Of a DNA stretch of 64,000 nucleotides, positions 12,938-23,860 are shown one piece after another (positions within the stretch are counted from its first letter, which is position 1; each line of letters starts with the position of its first letter). A program made the translations under genes and the position numbers. The notes below the pieces were generated by a model that ran no database searches, was not told the origin of the DNA, and saw nothing but the letters and a program-made list of their open reading frames with translations. This DNA is from Camelus dromedarius (taxonomy: Eukaryota), in the NCBI RefSeq assembly GCF_036321535.1, contig NC_087437.1:106704001-106768000 (forward strand), given 5' to 3'.

Positions 12938-13056
12938 TTTCTTTTCTTTCTTTCCCTCCCTCCCTCCCTTCCTCCGTCTCTTTCTTTCTTCCTTCCTTTC
13001 TTCCTTCCTTCCTTCTTTCTTCTCTTTCTTTCTTTCTTTCTTTATTTCCTTTATTT

Positions 13057-13134
<78 letters not shown>

Positions 13135-13313
13135 TTTCTTTCTTCCTTTCTTTCTTCCTTTCTTCCTTTCCTTTCTTCCTTTCTTCCTTTCTTCCTTTCT
13201 TCCTTCCTTCCTTCCTTCCTTCCTTCCTTCCTTCCTTCCTTCCTTCCTTCCTTCCTTCCTTCCTTCCTTTCTTCCTTCCTTTCTTCCTTCCTTTCTTCCT
13301 TTCTTTTCTTTCC
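12938..13313. repeat. Compound polypyrimidine microsatellite (TTTC)n/(TTCC)n
   Basis: Directly visible, about 375 bp almost purely C/T. Confidence 0.97.
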
Positions 13314-15059
13314 TGGTTAAAGGTTAAATTATATAAGCAAGAAAAAGATGTTAATGTTTGCCAGAGGTCACTGGGAATCAATATATTTTTATTTCAAGAC
13401 AACTCGCATTGTAGTTTGGTCATGGATATTTGGAGAGGGAAGAGGAAATAGCTAAAGGAAAATAACTTTGATGGTGAAAATTGTCTTCTTGAAGGCCTGT
13501 TTCTAATTTTTTTATGCTACAGAATATTATGTTGATTTAAGAAATTAGTTTTGCATTTTTAAAAACTATAATTTGGAACAGAGCCACATTTAGATCAGAC
13601 GGTAAGAGAAATATGTGGTATGTGGTTTTGAAATTTCTAAAATCTTACATTTGAACAATTCTTCTTACAGTTGTTCAGTTAACATACTTTTTTTTTCTAT
13701 AAGTAAATTGGCTTGTGATCTTTCTTCTGTTCCAGGAAAGCTCAAAGCTATCCCTGAGGACTAAATCTTGAAAGAAAGAGGAGCAAAATTTCTTTTTGTG
13801 AATTTGTGAAGAAGAGCACTCAATTATTTAAAAATATACTGATCTAGAAATCATGAAAAAAATAAAATGTATGTTGTATTTTAAAAGTTAAAGCGACTTA
13901 GTGGATATGCATGGTCTTTGCTTTAAATAAACTGAAGAAAATCAAGTAGAAGATGACACATTATAATTAAAATACAGGAGGGAAATAACCATGAATCAAT
14001 CAGGATAAGATGATAAATCAAAAGAAGAAAGAAATGAAAAGGTCTTTTTGTGTATATATAACCCTTTTTAAAAAGAACTATGTGACTAGAAGAGAAAAAC
14101 AGTGAAACATTAAGTGGGAGTATGTGGAAAAGAACAATTCTAGATCAAAAATAGTATATACGCACAGTAGGTGTCTGAGCTTTCCATGGCAGGTGTAATG
14201 ATAGCAGTGTCTCTCTAGTGGTTCCTTTGAAAACAAGATTAATGGAAAACATTGCAAACAAAACTTTACCCTTTCTCAAGCCAATAAAAATGTGAGACAG
14301 TTTTTCTTCTAAGTTGTTTAGCACTATGACCAGATGGTTAAAGAAGATCAATTTTAAGAGCTGATTTGCAAGTTTTAGAGGAAACTGCTGTTGGTTTTCA
14401 GGTTGGTGTGCTTCACAGTGCACATTTGCACATGAAAAATGCTTCCATAATATTGTAGTTCATTTACTGGGCCAAGAGCTTGAATATATATTGTGGCTTT
14501 ATGGTGCCAAAATAACCAGTTGATCTGATAAAATTACAAGTAAATTTGGGGGTGGGGGAGAAAGTAGTAATAAGTCAGTTATATATCAACATGCAGAGGA
14601 AATAAACTATTTTCTTACTCCCCAACTCTCCTCAGCTTTTCAACTGGTTGAATTTACATTGTGCAGAGAAAACGTGATGGTATTAGTACTTGATTATTGA
14701 TTAATCCTGTTAAAAAGAGCAAGTTACTTGTGACTTAAATTGACTTTGAAAACTGCCAGTAAAATCCTTGAAAAATAATAGACCTATATAAAAATAGTTT
14801 GAATACACACACATACAAAATTTAACCAATATTTTGATACCCATTCTATCAAGGTGTCTTGTTAAAAGAGTGAAATAATGATTCAATTCTCTAATCGTTT
14901 TTTAAAAATGATTGACTGACCAATTAAGTAAAATATATCTTCCACGCTGCATACTTGATTAAATGGATCTGTTATTTGAATGAAGGAACGGATTTTTCCG
15001 GTTAATACTATTCAAGTGATTATTAGGCAGGCAAGCCTCTATTGTTTAAATGTGACTAT

Positions 15060-16070
15060 ATCTCCAGTGGATGATATTGTTGCTTCTCCAGCATCAGTTC
15101 ATCCCTTCTTAATGATAGAGGAGCCACTAATCCAGATAAATGGCATGAGCTCTAGCTTTAGAACCGGACTCTGATTGGCCTGGCCCATAGTGCAGTTCCG
15201 TCTCCCTGTTTACAATGATTGGCCCAGATTGGTTCAGATTGGTTCACATGAGATGAGTTGTTCCAATCAGAGTGAAGCCCATGGCATTTATTCAAAGCTT
15301 GGGAGAACAGAAGTTCTCTCTCCTTCTGAGTGGTGTAGTGTCTTGATGTGAGGCCTGGAGCTGTTATAGATACTTTGCTACCATGAGGAAAGCCGGTTTC
15401 AGGATAAAGCTGACACACCAGGGTGGTAAATATCCATGAATTACAGACAACTATAAGCATACCTTGGAGACAGTGTGGATTCAGTTCCAGATCACCACAA
15501 TGAAGCAAATATCATGATAATTCAAGGCACATAAATTTTTGGTTCCCCAGTGCATAGAAAAGTTATGTTTATATTATACTGTAGTTTATTAAATGTGCAA
15601 TAGCATTATGTCTAAAAACAATGAACATGCCTTAATTAAAAATATTATATTGCTAAAAAAAAAAGCTAACCATCGTCTGAGCCTTCAATGAATTGCAATC
15701 TTTTTGCAATAGTGATCAAAGATCACTGATCACAGATTACCACAACAAATACAACAATGAAAAAGTTTGAACTCTTGTGAGAATTACCAAAATGTGACCC
15801 AGAGACATGAAGTAAGAAAATGCTGTTGGAAAAATAGTGCTGATAAACTTGCTCAATGCATGGTTGGCCGCCAACTTTCAATTGTAAAAACATAGTACCT
15901 GTAAAGTGCAATGAAGTGAGGTGCAATAAAGAGGTATGTTTGTGGACTGGAGTCCTTATCAAACCTTACCAGGAGCCTAAACGTTCTCTGGACTAAGCCA
16001 GTACATTTCAGTTTAAGCCAGTTTGTGTTGGCTCCTCTGTTACTCGCAAATGCAATTATCCCAAGAGATC
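15060..16070 (+). mobile_element. Old MLT1 (K/L-like) LTR split by Tigger1
   Basis: gattggttcacatgagatgagttgttccaatcagagtgaag...; 3' end tttaagccagtttgtgttgg...ctgttactcgcaa. Confidence 0.6.
15454..15942 (-). mobile_element. Internally deleted Tigger1 (TcMar) element
   Basis: Both TIR ends present (taagcataccttggaga... and ...gaggtatgtttg), TA on the left, Tigger1 subterminal sequence, about 490 bp. Confidence 0.85.
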
Positions 16071-16289
16071 CAACAACTCAGCAGCACCAAGGCCAAGGAC
16101 TCTTAGCGGTCTTGGATCTGCTCTTCCCCACACACAAACACCTATCAGATACTTCTTACTTTTCCAAAGCTGTGTCTAACTTGTGGTTTGGGATTTAAAG
16201 AGGATTAATATAAGGATGAGGTAAGTTCTCCATACTTAGATATCTTAGCTTTGGAAAGCCTTCAAATATTTGGATCCACAAAGTTTATT

Positions 16290-16440
16290 TACTTTAACTT
16301 TTTATTTTGAAATGATTATAGGCTTCTAGGAAGTTGTAAAAATAGTGCATAGAATCCTTTCAACCCTTCACCCAGCTTCCTATGGTGAGTGAAATCTTAT
16401 ATAACTGTAGAACATTATTAAAACAAGAAAATTGATGTAA
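16290..16440 (-). mobile_element. Old L1M 3' tip
   Basis: ttttattttgaaatgattataggcttctaggaagttgtaaaaatagt...ccttcacccagcttcc. Confidence 0.6.
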
Positions 16441-16739
16441 GTTAACACATAACCGAACAATGTTTATTTATTTTTTTTACCTTGAGAGAAGCTTTTAAGT
16501 TCTCTTGCCTCAGAGAGTTTTTCTGGAAAACTCAAATAAATTATTGTTTGCAACTTTACTGCATAACTTTGTTGATATGAGCCTTCCAAACCATTATAAG
16601 AAAATTCTTACAAGTTTAAAGGAAAGCTGAGTTATTGGTAACTAAATGGTGCATTGTTACTGTAGCTGGTATATTCATTTTAGTAGGTTAAATGCATGAT
16701 GCAATATAGTTATATTTATTTAGTTTCTACATGCTTGTC

Positions 16740-16900
16740 ATAGGACTTTCTGTGTGACCTCAGACGAGACTTCTCTTGGCTCCTGGATTTTATCATCTGT
16801 AAAGTGGGTAATACAATAATATGCTCCCTTCAAGATGAAATAAGAAAATGAGTAGAAAGCAATTAGCTCAATGCTTAGTACACAGCAGGTACTTAATACC
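16740..16900 (+). mobile_element. MIR SINE
   Basis: tgtgtgacctcag...atcatctgtaaagtgggtaata...agcaattagctcaatgcttagtacacagcaggtacttaata. Confidence 0.65.
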
Positions 16901-17474
16901 TGATAGAATCTATTATTATTATCAATATCACTTATGTATAGATATATGTATGTGTATATACATATACATACGTATATGTTGCATGCATATATGCCATATA
17001 TATGTATGTGTATATATGTATATCAATATGTACATTCACAGAGAAGTATATCCATTTATAGGGTTCAGTGTATTATTTAAATATTTAAACAAATATGTTG
17101 TTATAGGTGTAGCTTTGTTTTTTGACATATTGTTAAGCACATCTGTAATTTATTTGAATCCATAACTTTGGAGAAAATACAAGCCATGATTATGTTTTTC
17201 TTGTGAAAAAACTTGATCCATTTTTCGTGAAAGTTGTGGGAAGTGTTTATATCAGACATCAAATCTCTAGCAAATTGCCAGGTGCATTACTAAAATACCA
17301 GTCCTGGTGTTTACACTCCCATAGGCAAAGATAAGTGTACTCCTAGGTAACAATGACTGAAGCTCTTCAGATTGAGCTTATGTTCTACTGGTTTGCAGGA
17401 TAACTGAGTCTTTTCATGAAGAGACTCAACAAACTAAAGATGGTCTCATGTTTTTGCTTCATGTGCCTGTAACT

Positions 17475-17645
17475 CAGTGCTTCTCAAAGCGTGGTCAGTA
17501 GAACCCTCCCACGCTGATGTCACATGGTGATTTTCAAGGACCTAATCTAGATTTCTAAATGATTTCTGAGGGAGATGGGCAATAAATATGCTTTTTTACA
17601 TCTATCTCATCAGATTCCTATGTACATAAGAGTTGAAGAATGCCT
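17475..17645. mobile_element. MER5-like hAT element
   Basis: Starts cagtgcttctcaaagcgtggtc and ends gattcctatgtacataagagttgaagaa. Confidence 0.5.
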
Positions 17646-19145
17646 CCCTGGTGCCAAATATCTACTCTCCTTAAAATAAAAACATAAAGAGTTCTAAAGT
17701 AACACAAGAATGAATGACACCACAAGTACTAATAAAAGAAAAAGCAATGAGACAAAAGAGATAGTACAGGATAAAACTGGAAAAGAAATGTATAAGAATA
17801 CAAAAAAAATTACTATTCAACATCTCAAGATAAAATCATCTTAGAATGAGTTCACCTAGATATATTGCTATTTCTAAAAAAATTTAATTTAAAATTTAAA
17901 ATTAGCATACAATAAAATTGACTGTTTTTGGTGTACAGGTTTATAAATTTTAACACATGATAGATTTGTCTTATCACAACATAATCAAGATAAGACCAGT
18001 TTCACCATCCTAAAAAACTCCCTTTTGGTATCCCTTTATACCCTTCCCTCCCTTGCTTCCTCCCAATCCTTAGTAAATATTGATCTCTTTTATGTCACTA
18101 TAATTTATCTAGTTTTAAAGAAAGTCATATAAATAGAATCATACAGTATATATAAACTTTTGGGACTGACTTTTTTCACTAGTCATAATGTCTTTGAGAG
18201 TCATCCAAGTTGTGTGATATACATACATTGATAATGTTTATTGCTGAGTAGTTTTCCATTCTGTGGATGTTTCACAGTTTGTTTATTCATCTATCTGTTG
18301 AAGGACATTTGGATTGTTCTCAGTTTTTGGTTGACTACCAGAAGGTCTGCTGTAAATATTCATATACAGATTTTTGTGTGAACATAAGTTTTGATTTCTC
18401 TTGTGTAAATTCCCAGGAATGAAACTGCTTGAGCACATGGTAAGTATATATAACTTTATAAGAACTGCCAAGCTGTTTACCATTTTTCACTCCAACAGTA
18501 TACAAGAGTTATAGATGTTCTGTATCCTTGTCAGCACTTGGTATTGTCAGTGTTGTTTATTTTAGCCATTCTAACAAGTGTATGGCAATACCTTCTAGTG
18601 GTTTTAATTTACATTTCCCTAGTGGCTAATTATCATCTTTTCTTGTGCTTACAAATCATCTGTATATCCTCCTTAGTGAAATCTTTATTCAAGTCTTTTG
18701 ACTATTTTAAAGTTAGATTGTTTCCTTATTTGTCAGTTTAGAGATTTCTTTATATATTCTAGATACAAAGCCTTGTCAGATATATGATTTGCTAATATCT
18801 TCTCCTGGACTATGGATTATCTTTTCATTTTCTTAATAGTGTCTCTCACAGAGTGAACATTTTTTAATTTGATGAGGTCTGATTTATGATTTTTTTTTGG
18901 CAGCATTCATGCTTTTGGTTCTTTGCCTAATTGAAGTTATGAAGAAAATTATTTAAAAGTTTTATAGTTTTACATTTCTATGGAAATCTGTGATTCATTT
19001 TGAGTTAATTTTTGTGTGAGGTACGAGGTTTAAATTGAGGTTCACTTTTTTTTGCATATATATGTCCAATTATATCAACCATTTTGAAAAGGCTATTTTT
19101 TCCCAATGTAATTGCCTTTGCACTTGTGTAAAAAATCAGCTGGTT

Positions 19146-19995
19146 CAAGAGAATGAGAACAAAATTCACAGAGTGGGAGAGAATATTTGCAATAGACATA
19201 TTTGATAAAGGACTCTTATCCAAAATATACAAAGAACTCTTAAAACTTAACAATAAGAAAGTGAAGAATCTGGTTTAAAAAATGGACCAAAGACTTGAAC
19301 AGACACCTTATCAAAGAAGATGTATAGATGGCAAATATGCATATGAAAAGATGCTCAATATCATATGTTATTAGGGAGTTGCAAATTCTACCAACACTGA
19401 GATACCACTACATACCAAAATCAAAAACACTGTAAACACTAAATGTTGGAAAGGATGTAGAGCAACAGAAACTCTCATTCATTGCTGGTAGAAATGTGGA
19501 ATGATACAGCCATTTGGAAAGACATTTTGGTAGTTTCTTACAAAACTAAAAATACTCTTACTATTACAATCTAGCAGCTATGCTCTTTGGTATTTACCCA
19601 AATGAGTTAAAAACTTATGTCCACTCAAAAACATGTCTGTAGATGTTTATAGCAGCTTCATTCATAATTGCCAAAACTTGGAAGCAACCAGGATATCCTT
19701 CAGAAGGTGAATGGTTACATAAATTATGGTACTTATAGAAAGGAAAGTTATTTGATACTAAAATGAAATGAGCTATCAAACCATGAAAAGACATGGAAGA
19801 ATCTCAAGTGCATATTACCAAGTGAAAGAGGCAATCTGAAAATGTTATTTACTGTATGAGCCCCATTATATGACATTCTAGAAAAGTTATAACTATAGAG
19901 ATAATAAAAATATCAGTGGTTCCTAGGAGTTATGAGGAGGGAAGGATGAATAGGTGGAACACAGAGGATTTTTATAGGGAAAAAAGAGAAAAAAT
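19146..19995 (+). mobile_element. L1 (L1MC/MB-like) 3' fragment inserted in opposite orientation
   Basis: Sense L1 ORF2/3'UTR (acagagtgggagagaatatttgc...ggaacacagaggattttt) with A-rich end; host L1 resumes at about 19998. Confidence 0.85.
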
Positions 19996-20905
19996 TAATG
20001 GGCCATTTATGTGGAGGTTTAGCTGGACTCCATTCTGTTCCACTGACTTGTGTGTCTATCTCTTCACCAGTACCATACTATAACATTATAGTAGGTCTAA
20101 AATTCATGATACTTCTAGTTTTATTCTTTTTCAAAATTACTTTGGCTTTGCTTGTCCATATGAATTTTAGAATCAGCTTGTCTACATTTACAAAACAATC
20201 CTGCTGGGATTTTGATTGTAATTGTGTTTTATCTGTAGATCCACTTGGAAGAGTTGGCATCTTTTACTATGTTGAGCCTTGCAATCTGTGAACATAGATT
20301 TTAATTTTTTTTGCAGCTGTTGTAGCTGTGTATATTTCAATATTGTTCTGGATTGCTTATTGTTTATTGTTAGTAGATGGGACTATGTGATTGAGTTTTG
20401 AAAGTTCACCTTGTATCTTGTGACCTTGCTAAATTCACTTATTAGTTCTAGGAGGTGTTTTATTTTGTTTTGTTTTTGTTTTTTGTTCTTTTTTTTTTGT
20501 AGATTCCTTGAGATTGTCTATGTAGGGAAATACCATGTTGTCTGTGAGTAGAGATCGTTTTTTTTTTTTTCCTTATAGTCTATACGACTTTTTCTCCTCT
20601 TATTATTCTGCTTAGGACTGACAGTGTAATACTGAATAGGAGTGATGAGAGTGGGCAACCTTGCATTGTTCCTATTAGGATGAAAGCTTTCAATCTTTCA
20701 CCATTAAATATTATGTGGATGTAGGTTTTTCACTGATGCCCTTTATCAGACTGAGGAAGTTTCATTCTATTCTAAGTTTGCTGATGGTTTTTATCATGAA
20801 TGAATGTTGAATTTTATCAAGTGTCTTTTTTTCTGGATCAATTGATATGATCATGTGTTTTTTTCTTTACGCTATTAATGTGGTAGATTGCATTGATTGA
20901 TTTTC

Positions 20906-20962
20906 TTTATATATATTTTTTTGAGGGGGGAGGTAGTTTTATTTTATTTATTTATTTATTTA

Positions 20963-20994
<32 letters not shown>

Positions 20995-21064
20995 ATGGAA
21001 GTACTGCCCAGGACCTCGTGCATGCTAAGCATGTGCTCTACCAATTGAGCTATACCCTCCCCCC
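20906..21064 (-). mobile_element. vic-1-like camelid tRNA-derived SINE
   Basis: Head gggggagggtatagctcaattggtagagcacatgcttagcatgcacgagg; TSD ttgattgattttc (20893-20905)/ttgatcgattttc (21065-21077). Confidence 0.85.
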
Positions 21065-21865
21065 TTGATCGATTTTCGAATGTTGATCCAGTCTTTCTTT
21101 CCTGACATAAACTCCATTTGGTTAGTGTATATTATTTGTTTTATATTTTGCGGGATTTGATTTGCTAATATTTTGTTGAGGATCTTTTTGTGTCTATTTC
21201 ATGAGGGTTATTAGTAGTCTGTGGTTTTCTTATTGTCTTTATTTGGTTTTGTTATCAGGGTAGTACTGGCCTCTAAAATGAGTTGAGAGATGTCCTCTCC
21301 TCTCTCCTATTTTCTGGAAGAGATTATATTAAATTGCTGTTATTTTTTTCTTGAAACTTTTGATATAATTTACTAGTTAAGCCATGTGGGCTTGTAGATT
21401 TTATTTTCAAAAGGATTTTATATAGAAATTCAATTTCTTTAAGAGATACAAGATTATTTAGGTTGTGTATTTCATTTTGACTACGTTTCTCAAGAATTGT
21501 TCTATTTTATCTAAGTTATTGCATTTAGGTGCATAGAGTTGTTTTGTAGTACAGTCTTGGATACTTTTAGTATCTTCAGGGTCAGTAATGATATAATGAT
21601 ATGTTCGCTTCCATTACTTGTATTGGTAATTTCTCTCTCTCTCTTTGGTTTGTCATTCTGGCTAGAGGTCTTTTTGAAAATTAAGCTTTTGGTTTCATTG
21701 GGGTTTTTTTTTCTCTCTTTTTTTTCTGTTTCATCTGTTTCTGCTCTCACATTTTTTTTTTTTTTTTGTCCTTTGCTTGCTTTGAATTTGTTTTGCTTTT
21801 CTTTCTCTAATTTCTTAAATTGGAAGATTATATTATTAAGCTGTAACTTTCCTTCTTTTGTAATA

Positions 21866-22900
21866 CAGGCAGTTCTTGCTTTGCCTGGTAGAGCTGGACT
21901 GCAGAAATGACCAAGTAAGCTGAAATGGTGCAAAATAGCCTTAATAGTCAGAGGAAAAGTTTGATTTTTCCATGACTGCTAACAATTTTTGTAAATACAT
22001 TAACAACTCTCTTACTGTTGGTTATAAGTATTTGGCAAATCAGAAAAGTAACCCATGAAAATAACACATATAATATATTGTAATTTAAAACATTATAGCT
22101 TTTGAGACATGAAACGTTTTATTTGTTTATACAAACTTAATGAAAGTACTTTGAACTTTACATTGTGTGGAGCAAGCATCTTATCTATACAATTTGTCTT
22201 ACTGCTTTCTAAGTATGGATTGGTTTCCAACAGTTTATCCTTTGTGCTCCTAATGTTGTGAACTATTTCCAGCTGTTCCTTTAATGTGAAGTTTTGTCAC
22301 TGTCATTTCCTTTGGGACGTCTTCATCTTTTTGGTTGCTACCACTTTCCTTGTTTCTGCCAATAAGATCACCTGCACTGAGTTCCTCTGGCTCCATGTCT
22401 AGAGCCTCCTGAAGGGCAACACCACCCACATTTGCATGGCCAGCTGTTTCTTCTATAACTCTGTTTATGTCGGATTCAAATTTAATTTCTCTTCTTTGCT
22501 GCACATTCTTCTTTGGTGGCCAGTTTCCTCTTTTAATTATACATTTAAAAATGTCAGATGGATTTTTAAAACTGAGAAATGAGGTTTTGACACAACTACA
22601 CCTTTTGCTGTCTGTGCATGAACTAAATAATAGATTCCCCCAACTATTGACAGACTTTGAAAGGAGTAATGGTCATTGATCACAATGCTCATCTGTTATT
22701 TACATAGTGATTTGTGGACTGAAGGGCTAGAAACAAAGTTTGTACTTTATGCAATTATTCACAGTAAATATATTCTAAAAATCTTTAGTTTTTAGTAACT
22801 GAAGTTTGAACAGTGTTGTTGAGGAACTGATATTACTTAGTTAAACTGTGGTAACTGAAATTCATGTATATTGGAATTACTCAAAGCTAGGGCTGCCCAC
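21866..22900 (-). mobile_element. Tigger-family DNA transposon (Tigger6-like)
   Basis: TA-caggcagttcttgctttg TIR and decayed caaagctagggctgcc TIR; acidic transposase-like remnant EALDMEPEELSAGDLI; host L1 resumes after it. Confidence 0.7.
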
Positions 22901-23314
22901 ATAAGCATTTATTGCTATAAATTTCCCTCTGAGCACTGCTTTAGCTGCATTCCACAAATTTTGATATATTGTGTTTTCATTTTTGTTCACTTTAAATTGC
23001 TGTTGTTTAATTTCTAAGTGTGTGGAGTTTTTCCTGGTACAGTTCTGTTTTTGATTTCTAGTTTAATTCCATTATTTTCAGAGAACATACTTTGTATGAT
23101 TTAAATTCTTTGAATTTGTTAAGGCTTCTTTTCTAACTCAGTATATAGTCTATTTTTGTATCTGTCCCAGGTGCACTTGAAACAATGTCTATTCTGGTCT
23201 TTTGGGGTGGACTGTTTTATAAATGTCACTTAATGACAGTTGGTTGATGTTGAACAGTTCTTTTATAATCTTGCTGACTTTCTACTAATTCTGTTGCTTG
23301 CTGAGAAAGCAGTT

Positions 23315-23635
23315 ATTTTTTTACCTTTATTGAGATATAACTGACATATTGTGTAAGTTTAAGGTGTACAATGTGATAATCTGATACACTTGTATATTGT
23401 GAAATAATCTCCATCACCTCACATAATTACTTTTTTCTTCTTTTGGTGATAAGAACACTTAAGACTTACTCTCTTAGCAATTTTCAAGAATATAATACAG
23501 TACTGTTCTCTATAGGCACCATGCTATACCTTAGATCTCCACAACTTACTCATCTTATAACTGAAAGTTTTTACTCTTTGACTAATACCACCCCATGTCC
23601 CCATCCTCCAGCCCCTGGCAACTACCATTCTGCTT
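23315..23635 (-). mobile_element. L1MA-like 3' end nested in older L1
   Basis: ctttattgagatataactgacatattgtgtaagtttaaggtgtacaat...cagcccctggcaactaccattct. Confidence 0.75.
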
Positions 23636-23739
23636 AAGAGAGGAGTTTTGAAATTTCCAAATATACCTGCAGATTTGTCTGTTTCTTCTTTCAGTTCTGT
23701 CAGTTTTTCTTTAAAGTGCTATTTTAACAACTATACAAA

Positions 23740-23860
23740 GTAGGTATTATCCTCATTTTATACATGACCAAACTGCTAAATGGAGTTAAGTAAGTTTTTC
23801 AAGTTCATACACCTTGAATGGGAGAGGCAGGATTTAAACCTGAGTATTTTGGTTTCAGAA
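23740..23860 (-). mobile_element. MIR fragment
   Basis: taggtattatcctcattttatacatga...ggcaggatttaaacctgag. Confidence 0.6.

Larger units (their letters stand above)
17880..23710 (-). mobile_element. Old L1M element (3'UTR plus ORF2), interrupted by four younger insertions
   Basis: Continuous antisense L1 sequence; peptide FVNVDKLILKFIWTSKAKVILKKNK is ORF2-like. Confidence 0.85.

Noticed and set aside
12795..13451. Longest ORFs in the window (218, 172 and 134 aa)
   Set aside because: They are stop-free only because they span the TTTC/TTCC microsatellite; low-complexity F/L/S or K/E/R translations
13523..13866. Acceptor/donor pair (13523-13601), acceptor at 13736 and AATAAA at 13861
   Set aside because: AT-rich, no coding signal, and individually common motifs; insufficient support
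22250..22504. 84-aa acidic ORF
   Set aside because: Remnant inside a Tigger element, with no splice signals or full transposase
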